Assembly (NCBI GenBank): GCA_002269645.1
Contig: NIVC01004162.1
Coordinates: 1 to 57,362, forward strand
Length of the DNA: 57,362 nt
Direction: 5' to 3'
Source of the DNA: Macrostomum lignano
Taxonomy: Eukaryota
Part shown: in pieces, positions 10,801 to 22,800 of the stretch
How the letters are laid out: the number at the start of each line of letters is the position of its first letter
Position numbering within the stretch: the first letter of the stretch is position 1
Program-made: the position numbers and the translations under genes
Notes under the pieces: generated by a model
The model's input: only the letters and a program-made list of their open reading frames with translations
The model's database searches: none
Told to the model about the DNA's origin: nothing

Positions 10801-13800
10801 GTCAATTAGTTTTTTTATTGTCCAAGACAACTATTAGACCATACTGCTAACTTAGCCCAGGTTTTTGTTGTTAAAGCGCTTTAAATATTATCATAAATTT
10901 TCCCGAAAAAACTTTCTTTCCTCGAAAAATCTCGTTAATTTTTTTAATTGAATATAATACTTACGAATAAATACTTCACCGTTCTACTAGTAACCACCAC
11001 CGTATTGGTTTTACACGTAAAACGCGTTTTATTATTTTACGTCTACATAGTACATGCACGTTACCAACTGGATCTATTTTTTGCTTTCTCTGCTTGTTTC
11101 GTTCCACGATCTGGTTCCAGGCCAAGCAGGGCTCTCCCGAGGCCGCCACATTCCTGTAGCCGGTGTAGACGGCCTGCTGTCGCTGCCGAGCTGCTTCGTC
11201 AGCTGTACCAGAAATGCAGTCATAGCCGGAATTCATGCCTATAAAATGATGTTGTAGTACTCCTAAAGTTACTGAAATTTTATTAAGTTTATTAAGGAAT
11301 CGCTGTCTGCATCAGCGGTTAGACGCTACTCATACATGCTACACTGTCAAAACCGGAGATTGCGACGTTTGCCAGCCGATGTTAATAGTCGACGTCGTCA
11401 TACAAGTCATTAAGTAGATTAAGTGCGTTGCTCGTACATTACTAGACTATACACGCTTATGCATTCGCATGTATAAACATGTAGGTAGTCTGGAGCTTAG
11501 ACTCAAGGGCCACTAGAAGTTACCGTTGTAGCAGTTGTGTTACAGCCTGAATACGAGTACAACGGTAACTTCTAATCGTCCTTGCTTAGACTTCTACCCA
11601 CGGTAATTTATTTGGAACTCGTGAATCCTGGCCGAACGCCAACCGTCGAATCGCGTGGCCTTTTATTAAGCTCCGAAAATTCCGTCTGCTCAAATTGTTT
11701 CATAGCGAATGTATGGTCAGCATCTTTACGGGCGTTATAGAAATCTAAATGAACTCAGTAGAAGGCATGAGGGGGCTTTTGGGACAAAATTTTTCACGTC
11801 CTCCATAATCCCATTAAATCCATCCATATTATCCCTGACAGAATCAGAAAAAAAGGGGGGTCGCACTCGCTCCGAAAACGTCCTCCATAATCCACCTAAA
11901 TCCATCCATATTATCCCTGACAGAATCAGAAAAAAGGGGGGTCGCACTCGCTCACAAAACGTCCTCCATAATCCCATTAAATCCATCCATATAATCCCTG
12001 ACAGAATCAGAGCAGGTGTCCACTGATACCTGTTATGTTCACTGACACTGACATCCACCCATAGCATCTTCGAAACAATCAGAAAATAATCTGCATTCTT
12101 CTCCCCATGGGGCCCACATTCAATTTGCAACGTGCTACCACATCCCTAAGACTTTAAATCCCCAAACCATGGGTCCTTACCCTTTGAAAAAAAACTAAAT
12201 TCTCAATAAAAATGTTTCCAGTTGTCTCTCCAGGTTCTTATTATACTCAGCCTCATCCATTGTACAAATCCAAGTACCGATGCAAACTAGAATGCAGCGA
12301 GTACATGAGAAAATATTGGCCCGACGTTGATATCAATGTCCCTAATATTAATCAAGCACTTAAATCTCACTGGTTTGAAAAACACGGAGTAGTCATTAAC
12401 AATTTTGACAGCTATTATAACTTTGCTGAAGTTATAAGGCAGTTGTAGTAGCCAACTACACGGTTGTACCCTGTAGAGTGCAGACGCAAGATCTAAAAAT
12501 ACTGACAAAATCATGTGCAGCATATAGCGGCTCGTATTAGTTACATTTGTAAGCGATAGCTTACTGATAGTAAAGCTATTTGAACATGGCGCGAATTCCT
12601 CACATGGTTGACTAGAAAATGTCGCCATGTGCAAGGCAAGGACTTGGTGCAAGGGCGTATAAATAGCAGTTCCACTCAGCTGGCTAGAGGTGGAGCCGAC
12701 CTCGTGTGGCTATGACTGACTGACGAGGGCAAACAAGCCCGAAACCGGTCTCAGTCTGCCCCGCATGGTTCGATTCCCACTGGTTACATGATTTTCACGA
12801 ACGTTCGTAAAAATCATGTGCAGCATAAAGCGGCTCTCAGTGGTTACATGATTTTTACGAACGTTCGTAAAAATCATGTGCAGCATAAAGCGGCTCTCAG
12901 TGGTTACATGATTTTTACGAACGTTCGTAAAAATCATGTGCATAACAAGAATTCGCACGAATTCAACTGTGCAAAATAGCATTTTTCTGAGAAAGACTAG
13001 TGCGCAGTTGGATTCGCGCCATTTCCTGTCTTAACAGGAATTCGCACGAATTCAACTGTGCAAAAAAAAGCTTTTTTTCTGAGAAAGACTAATGACAGAC
13101 TTGTGTTTTTTATGTGCGAATACTTGCGAAGTTAACCAACTTTTGGCATAATAAAACAATAGACTGAGCACAGACTATCTTTTTGTGTCCGATTTCTTTT
13201 GTGTTTTCAATCCTTTCACTAAATACTGGTTAGAAAAAAAATAATGCTTGGTCAGTCCAAAAAGCGTGAGGTTGCCTACTAATAAGTATTATGACTAGAA
13301 AAATATACTAAAAATTCGAAATAGAACTGAAATAAAATATTTAGTTATTTTAACATCACATTCTCTCAATGATCAACGTCAATACAAACTCTTCACAGTT
13401 GAAATCAACACCCATCCCATCTTCAATCTCAAACTGTAGCACAATCTCGTGAATCTCCTTATTACTCAATACAACTCTTTTCACTGGATTTGGTTTCTCT
13501 ACCACCATCTGTCCTCCAGCTACAGAGTTGGAGATATTGTACAAAATATTCGTTCGCTTTCCCTTAAATACCCAATCAAGACTGAGATTAGTTCTGATTA
13601 GAATATTCAAACCCTTTACAATGTCTGCTATATTGGGTGCTAAGAACAAACCGCGTACACTTTCCCGGGCCATGCTAACGGTCCCCAATGCTTGAGTGGC
13701 GGTCCGCGCCGCGGATTCTGCCTTATAAACTTTCTTCTCGAATCCCAGTTCCCTATACCAAGTGTCATCTTTAAACTCAACCTCCGCATCTTTGTGAACT

Positions 13801-16800
13801 TGCATGACCACTCTCACTACAGTGAGATCATAGGTTAGTTTGACAGGGAACAGTTTCTTCTCTGGCTTACTCGCATCAGGTGTCTCAAAATGGCCTCTCT
13901 TAGTAAAGACATTTTCTAGAAAGTTATTGTAGGTATCCACACTTTGCGTGCTCACCTGGAATACCACAGGGTCTGCTGCTGCACCTTTCCATTTGTAATA
14001 AAACTTATTATTTGCTGCCATCACATTGGGAACGTTTGACCAACCAGTGAAGTCGTTAAGATAGACATGGTAATTAGCGCCTGGATCCAGGCGAATCGCC
14101 TGCTCTAATTTTTCAACAAACATCCCGTTTGAGTCATTAATTCGCCCAGTTATTGTAATAGGAATGCTCTCCTTGGAGTGCGAAATAATATTATTTAGTC
14201 TTTCAGCAATCGCTTCCATTTTTTTTCACATAAAAAATATTTAAACTTTACTGGATGAATTGTTGATCATGTTAAGCTTCACCTTCCTCTCAAATGCATA
14301 GATAATGTACAAGTCCACGGGTGTTGCGACAGTCCTTTCAATGTTAGTCACGATATTCACAGGGCTGTTATCAGTAGGCATTTGTCTGGCAGACACATCA
14401 GCTCCAAACATCGGATATAGAGTTCCATATTGAAGAGCAGTGATAGCAATTCCATTGTTCTCTTTCACAGCCAAGTCGACCAACTCGCTGTAAAATTTGC
14501 TAATCTTGTTCTGACTGAAATCTCCATTTTGTGGCAGTGCAGGGTAAAGATTATCACTGATTTCATGCTGAATGGACCGCACGTCTCCATGCATGTAGCG
14601 TATAATGCTATTTGGGTTTCTCATATTAATAATGATATACCTTGGATTGCTGCATGATCCCTCTTTGATGCAGATGTTTGTTCTAGTTTCGTTTCGCTCA
14701 TCTCGACACATGTAGGCCGTGTATGCAACATCAATGTCCTTCTCTATTGCCTTAAGATAGTCTGCTTTTAGTGCAGTCTTTGGCTCAATGACTTCCAAAT
14801 ACAGCTCGATTCCGGTTAGCTTCACCTCCATCCTTGTGTGGTCCGCCCCAGTCCACAACACTCTACTGCGATCATCTCTAGTCAGTCTAAATGTGTAGCT
14901 AAAGTTACTAGTCAGTCGATTAAATGTATTACAGAATCCACTCATGAATCTCAGTGGTACAAATACATCAACAGACCGATACTGCGGGTTCTTAGCAGCA
15001 TCATCAGCACCTTGCAATGCATAGTTGTATCTCTTCTTCCTATTTTTATAACCACTGTCATTGATATCTCCTTCTTTTTCATCTGCAATAAAACCCGCAC
15101 CACTTCCCAACTGAATAAAATCAGGATTCTCGATCAAACAATGAGCGTCATAGACAATTCCAAAGTTGGCGATTCGCTCCAACTCTGTGCTCCCATTCGA
15201 TACACTAAACTCCTTGAACATGTACGCCCAAAAGTTACTGATCAGAGCCACATCCGCATCATGCTTGTCAACGTTAGCACGAGCCGCATCCGCACCACCT
15301 TTTGTCTTGAATTGAAATGTCATATGGAAGCCGCTCTTAAGACTGTGCACACTAACCAGAGACGAACATCCATTGTATGTAAATGTCAGTGTTTGACCTG
15401 GACCCAAATTAGTTTCATTCTGGTTCTCGTGACTCGGAACTCTAACTTGTGTCGCTTTGATTGTGCTATCATCACTCAAAATAGGCTTGTTAATTTTGTA
15501 GAAAACTGGTGTCAGTGGGTCGTTCATTTTTTAACTAAAAATAAAATAAAATAAGAAATGAAGCGGAAAAGTACACAGCAGATATCTGAATTGGAGAAGC
15601 TAGCACAAGCAGAGAAACGAGTTACCGGGCTAATAAATAAGGAGCAACAATCCTACAATGAGTTTGTCCAAGCAGCCACAGAGTTTCATAAGCCCGGGTA
15701 TGGAGAAGCTAAGAAAAATATTGATCAGGTCAAAGAAACTATCGACGACATACAGGAAACCCAAGTGCAAAAGGTTTTGGGCAAAATTCCAGAAGCACCA
15801 CAGATACAGCCGCAACCACAACAACCACAACCACATCAATCACAACTAAAAGTGACAGATAACATTTTTGGACCAGTAGAGCGTGTCGAACATGATGGGA
15901 AATATGTATTTGGAATAAGTATGTGGAGAAGAAACATTTATAATGAACCAGTGGAATATTATATCGACATAAATAAGAAACATATTTCTGTTGTCAAAGG
16001 CTCGGAAACTAAGAGCATTCCTTTCACAGAAACCTTACTGACTTTTATGACCAAGAACCAAGAGAGAATCTCGGACAAACAGCTAAAGAACTATAGAGAT
16101 CTAGTGACTTTTGCTCTTGCTAGAGATATAGCAATACTAAAGGCCCCAGAAGTCCTGAGACTTATGTATGATAACGGTGTCAACCTGACTAGATTCAAAA
16201 AGTACAATCACTTTAAACAATGGTTCGATTTGCCAGATCAGGCGGAAGTCATAAAATATCTAGAACAACAACAACAACAGCAACAACAACCACAACCACA
16301 GCAGCAGCAACATTTCACAGAAGTACTCAGGCAACTGGAAAATGCAGATCCGACTCAAGTAGCTGAATATAAGAAACAAAACCCAACAGATTGGCAACAC
16401 TTAGAACAACACTCTCCAGATCGAATGAACAGAATCAAGCAAAGAGTTTTCACACCTCAACAAAGACAGGCACCACATGACAGTTCCATCTCTGAAAGTG
16501 AGCAGTCTTTTGCATCACCTCCCCAGCAGCCACAAGCCCAACCAACTCCACAACCTCAAGACCAACCGCCCTCAACTGGAAAAGGCATGCCTGAATTCTA
16601 CAAGCGGTTAGCTGTTCTTCTAGGAGCGGCAAAGACCGGAATGAAAGACGAGAATAGAAAAGAATTTGTCAACATCCTGGACAAAATGCTTGAGAGAAAA
16701 TATATCGATAAAAGAGCAAGAGAACTTTTGCTTTCACGGTTTAACAAAAAATAAATTTCTATTTAAAATGATGCCAATTATTTTCGAAAAAGACATTGAC

Positions 16801-19800
16801 AAATACTATGACAAAGAGGAACTTAATCTCATTAAACGCGGATCTGGACTTTTCCCTGCAGGCCACTATCCAAGAAAAGAACGCTCAGGGAACGGTCTTG
16901 CCGATTTGATCGCTCAGGGGGCCAAGATTTTTAAGGTCATTGGAGAGAACAAAGAGAACATCAAGAACGTTGCCGAAGCGGCTGGCAGTGTAGCCACAGC
17001 AGCCAAAAAGATAAAGGATACTGTAACACCTAAACAAGAGATTCAACCGCTGGCTCCGCTGGCCCCAAATCCAGACAATGTGGACCCTGCAGTCTATGAG
17101 AAGATGAGAGCTAGCATTAAAAAGGGAAGCGGTTTCAAATTTGACTAAAGGGTACTTTTCAAGGGTACAAGACATGTAAGAGTATAAGACTAGTCCTGAA
17201 ATGACACATCTAAGTCCCAAAATGACACATCTAAGTCCCAAAATGACACATCTAAGTCCCAAAACGACACATTCAAGTCCCGAAATGACACATCTTCTAA
17301 ATGATTTATTATTTAATTTTTTTTCAATCATAGAAAAAATGGACTTCTCAAACGACTTCAATCCTCACTGGACGCGTAATCAGATTAAGTTTTCTCATCA
17401 CGAGTCAATCCCGAGTCACTTCAGATGCATTGTTGTTGGTTCATCAGGTTCAGGTAAAACATTCAGAGTCTTTAACATGCTTCTTAGACCTGGCTTTATC
17501 GACTATGACACTCTGCACATCTACTCTCCCACACTGTATCAAGATGAGTATAAAATGCTGATTTCTGGATTGCAAAACAAACTGAACAAAGAGGACATTA
17601 TTCAATGTGTTTAATAACCAAATGAGCCTTCCCAGTAACCCTGAAATTGTAGCTGCTGAATATGCAAAGCACCTCAAAGACAATGAAAAATGGCAGAACA
17701 TTAAAGTGTTCACCTATGGAGATCCGCAGGCTGATCCAAAGACCAAACTTCTACCCCAACCAGATGAGCTAGAAAAAGGGAGAAAGCATTTGATCGTCTT
17801 TGATGATTGTATGACAGGCCCACAGAAGCAGATAGAAAACTATTTTACAAGAGGGCGACATAACAATTGTAATGTAATTTACATTGCACAGAACTGGTTC
17901 GAGCTCCCGAACAAAACAATTCGTGGGAACTGCAATCTGATTCTCCTGTTTCCAACCATTCCACAGGATAGGCTAAAAAGATTTTACAATGAGGTCATTG
18001 CGCCTGCCTATTTTATAAATCCAACAAAAAACTCAAGCAGAAAGATTTCACAAGAGGAATTCGTTAATCTTTGCTATGACAAGTGGAACCAACCCTATCA
18101 GTTTGTCATGATCAACAAGGAAAAAAGAACTGTAATTTAAAATTTGCTAATAAAAGATGTCTATTAATTTTGCAGGTGAATCCATTTCTGGCAACAGCGC
18201 TCTTACATCAGCTCAAATATCCATCCTTGACAGGCGATATATCAACAGCGACGAAAAGATCCCAGAGATCAAACTGAATAAAAACAGACTGAAAGCCCTG
18301 GAGCGCTCCATGCACCAGTTGCAAATAAACATGGAAGATCTCAGGCTTAAAGTAGCTAGGCAGAAGTTTGAAAGTGATAAGCTTTATGTGCCGTTGTTAA
18401 ACGCAACTAATGAACTTAGGTCAGAAATAACTTCGGCAGTCTCGCAAATCAACAGCTTAAGATCGACAGTTAATCTTCTGGGAAATTCCACTGATAGACG
18501 GATGCGTATTCTTGAAGGAGGAGTTTTCACAAACACAGCTAAAGTGAATAATTTAGAAGAGTTCATGAACCAGTCAACAGCGTTGCATGATAGAATTAAA
18601 GAAAACGTCGCAACCAACATAGGTAAAGTGAGGAATTTAGAAGAGTTCATGACTCAGTCAACAGCGTTGCATGATCGAATCAAAGAAAGACTTGAAGCAT
18701 TAAAGAGAAAGGATGTATCACACAGTAGCTATCTAAACGGAATGTATAGCGCTTGGGGTAAAATAATAAGGAGGCTTGATCGTCTGGAGAGAACACTCAA
18801 TCTTCGTGATATTGCTATTGATGAAGCAGAATCTACTGCTCGTCCGGTCATGTCTATTAATGAAATTATCGAATTTCATCAAAATCAAATCAAATCAAAA
18901 GAAAACAGATCTTTTTTTTCAAAACAATAGATCTTCAAACCGGATAGTTTTGTAATTTTTTTATTTTTTCTAGGGAAAAATGGCCCAACAAAATTCTCTA
19001 TACGATCAGTCTCAATACGTTGAACCTAAAATACCGACAGCACCAAACCCAATGGCACCGAATTCGAACACACAAAGCCTGAATGCACCGAATCTGAATG
19101 CACCTCAATATGAGCAACAAAAACTCTACCCCGTCATTACTTGTAACTCTCAGCAGTTTCGATTGGTGGAGATTCAAAAAATGCGAGATGATCTTGAAAA
19201 AAATATTTTCCACAACACAAAGAAAATTAAGCGCTATGACAGCCACTGTAAATTTTTCGACTATAGCAATATGATTCTAGGAACTGTGTCTGTTCTATCT
19301 GGATCTGCTGCAGCTGGGCCGTATGAATAAAAAAAAGAAATTTTTTTCTTGCAAGAAATCCAAGAATTTCTTGCGTTTATAAGAATAAAAAACTGCGAGT
19401 TTCTTGCAAGATTTTCTCGCCAAGAAAATCTCGAGCTTTCACAAGAAAAGATTTGCTCGGCAAGAAAATCTCACGAGGAAAAGATTTTCTTGCTTTCTGA
19501 TAAATAATTCTACCCCCCACGCAGCGTCTTATAACATGCTCGCAGTTTTTTTTGCATTGTTTCTGGGCTCCTGCAAAGAGTAATCACGATATACATGTAA
19601 AAAATTGGCAACCATTCGATGCCAGGACGCTCAATCTCAGGGTAAAATTTCAAAGCAAAGTGACTTTCCTGTCACCTGATGTTCAGGTAAACTCCACATG
19701 GATTTTGCCACTTTCTAGTAGGATTTTTCTGGACGGATTTTCGGTGTTCACGTGGTTTTAGCCATAGACACAGCATGGGCTGCGCCCAAGCCTGAGGAGA

Positions 19801-22800
19801 CGGCCGTCGATTCCACGTCACCGACATCTTGGTTTGGGCCCTAGACAACTTTCAGCCAAGTGGCAGTCGCCGAGAAAATCTCACGAGCCGAGAAACTTTT
19901 ATTCATGTCTTTTCTAGAATATCTTGACTCGTAAGATTTTCTCCAACAGATTTTCTTGCCGGAAAAGAATTTCTTTAATTTTTCTCATTTTTCTCATTTT
20001 CTCAATTTTTCTCATTTTTCTCATTTTTCTCAAGATTTTCTCACGTTTTATTCATACGGCCCGCTGTCTCAACGTTGCCAGTCATCACAGCCCCAATCGC
20101 AATCCCACTCGGCTCTGTGGGTGCTGCATGTGGACTTATTTCAGCAATTACTGGAGCATTAGCGCGAAACAGGCGAAAAAAACTAAAACAGCTACAGGAG
20201 AAGCAAGTAAAAGAGAAAGGGGTGCACACTTCAATCATAGGGTACATTTCAAGGGCAATCGAGGATAAGTTCATTTCAGAGGATGAGTTCAAAACCATTC
20301 AGGATCTTTATGAACAATCAATTCGAATGAACTTGAACATGGTCGGTACTGATGACATGAGTCAGCTGAGAAATGAACTCGAGAAAGTTCTTCAACATTA
20401 TGCGGAAAGAAGGACAACGAGAAATTCGGTAAGAAGGACGACGAGAAATGCACAATGAACCCCTATGAAACACAGGTACGAATAATTTCCTTGTAGGTCT
20501 TTCGTGTTTTGGTCATTGCAAACAAAACAGTCATGCACAGCTCACCGCAAATATCACTGCTAAGACCTTGGAGAATAAAGTCTGAGCGATAAATTTTTTT
20601 ATTCTTTTTTCCCTTCATATAATTTCTTAGCTCTTCTGGTACTGCCGTCCCATAGCTATCGAAGTAATAACACTTGTGCTTGCGATCGGGATCAATCACC
20701 CAGCAAACCCAATGAGATCCTGGCTTATCGGTGGTGTCAAAGTTCATGATGCCGCATTCCTTTCTTAGAGGAAAATCAGGCAGAGTGTCCCTCATAAATA
20801 TTTCTCTAAAGTTTGGGATTTCCAGTTCGTTAGCCAAATCTTCAAGAAAGTTATTTGTCGTCATTTTTTTGAGTTTTATTAAACTTTCTCTTAAACCTAA
20901 ACCTAGTCTCCACCTCCTAAACCCAACCTCCTAAGCCTAATCTCCAATGCCCGAACGGTAGACTGTTAATATTGTCATCAAAAATGAATCTTTGTTATCT
21001 GCACCTGACAGTCCAATCTTCTTTTGCTGAATTGTGTGAATAATATGGTTTTTAGATTGTAGCTTTGAGAACTCATGTGATGTCTTTTTGTTGCAATTCA
21101 AGGCGTCTCTGTATTCAGCTTCATTAATTTCCTTCCTAACTACACGTTTCGGAATTCCCTTTGATTTTTTATTGGGTCTGACGACTCACATTTTATAAAA
21201 TAGGACTTTGCTCTCAACCCAATGAATTCAGTGATTATGTCACCAGCAATCTCGTCCTTCATTTTCCCAATCACTTTCTTGTTAGTGGCGTCAAACACTT
21301 GATCGCCATTCTGTGTCCTGAAAGATCATCAACTCAGACAAGTCAAACAAATCTTTTTGCTGCAGCATGTCCTGATAAATGTCTTCTGTTTGAATGTCCA
21401 TAATAAAACTGTCTGTGTCAGTGTACAAGAGTTTCATTTTATCCTTGTACTGCTGCTTCATGCCATAGAAGAACTGGTACATCAGACGTTTTGATTCGTC
21501 GAGACAGTGACACCTGTATAGATCGGCTTGCGCAGCGTCACCTTGGTTTTGTAAAATATGATCACACCTAAGTAGCTATTAAAGATATGGAGTTCTTTGA
21601 ATGTTGGCTTTGACATATTTGCCTGAATAACAGCAGGCTCTGATGAGGTAACAAGTTTCAGGTTTGTTCTTTTCCTCTCATTCTCAAGAGTCTTGCCATA
21701 GACAGAGTTGTTGGCCAACTTAAAGAGGTTCTTGTCAAAGTCGTTGGTTGCTTTGGTCCTAAACTGGGTGTTCTTATCAATGTAGGGTTTCATCCACGCT
21801 TCCTCTGTAAATGTAAGAGCCCTGTGAACTTTGGTGACCCTGCAACCAAGTGAGATAAAATACTGAAGCAGTTTGTAATGGATTTTGTAACGTGTCTTGT
21901 TGTTTAGATTCTGTGTTAGTTTCTCTGTATGTTCTTTTTCTGTTCCTGACAGGTGCCAAGTTCCATTATTATCATTGGGAGTTTCGATTATTTTCGGGCA
22001 CTTGATGTTTTCTGGGAAGGGTGGAAAGTCAGAAATAGTCGTGAAGCTCTGGTGGAATGTAAACATCAACCTCATAAATGGCAGCCAATGAAAAGTCCCA
22101 CTTTAGTTCTGATGAGGGTAGCCATCGAAAATCTCTAACTGGAAGATCTTGACTCATCGCCCACCCGTAGAGATTATTAGCGTCCAAGTAAGTAATGTAG
22201 TTTGAGGGCTGCTCCTTATTGTAAGATTCAATGTAGGGATTGTTTGCTTTTGCATACTATGTGCAAATTGAGATTCCCCCTCGCTTTGACGATTCGACAA
22301 AATTGTACATGTCAATGTCTGTAAGAAGTTCAATGTACCAATCTGGATCTTGATCCCATTTCATTTTAAGCAAAGATTCCCAGCTAGTGGCAGGCAGAGA
22401 CACATAATGTGCTGGATCGAGGCCATATGCTGTGTACCAGGTGTATCTGAAGGTTTCAAACACATCGGCCAGCAGAAACACATCTGTGAAGAGGTAAAGC
22501 AGGTGATACTGGAAGAAGTTTTGACAATTAAAGTAATTATAGACATGCTTCGCGTGCTCATAGTCTTTGTCAGAGATTCCAGAGTCTGTTAGCTTTGAAA
22601 AGAACTTCTCCTGTGGTGGTAAACCTTCTTCAAATACGTGATACCCAGTAATATTTTCATAGGGGTAGAAGCCTTTCTTTCTTAAAAGTTTAAATGATTC
22701 ATCACTGTTGTTAATTTTACTTGCAAACATCTTTGTATATGTACATTGTTCATCTTTTAGATTCTTGCTTAGTTCGTCTAGACTGGCAGCTAGAAATTGA

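Noticed and set aside
11709-12130. ORFs across the TIRs (also 28213-28549)
   Set aside because: They arise from the TIR sub-repeats and cross the element boundary.
12666-12790. A tRNA gene
   Set aside because: B box and partial D arm are present, but the T stem and acceptor stem do not pair into a cloverleaf; reported only as Pol III-like boxes.
12781-12944. CRISPR-like appearance of the palindromic repeat array
   Set aside because: The sequences between palindromes are identical rather than unique spacers, there are no cas genes, and the context is eukaryotic.
14838-15554. 238-aa plus-strand ORF and similar antisense ORFs over viral and host genes
   Set aside because: Shadow ORFs opposite well-supported coding sequences; no motifs.
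19792-19812. Second hammerhead-like motif (CTGAGGA + GACG/CGTC stem)
   Set aside because: Followed by GATT rather than GAAA, with no stem I/III partner.
22109-22130. CTGATGA...GAAA hammerhead-like motif
   Set aside because: Stem II does not pair and it lies antisense within pPolB; consistent with chance.
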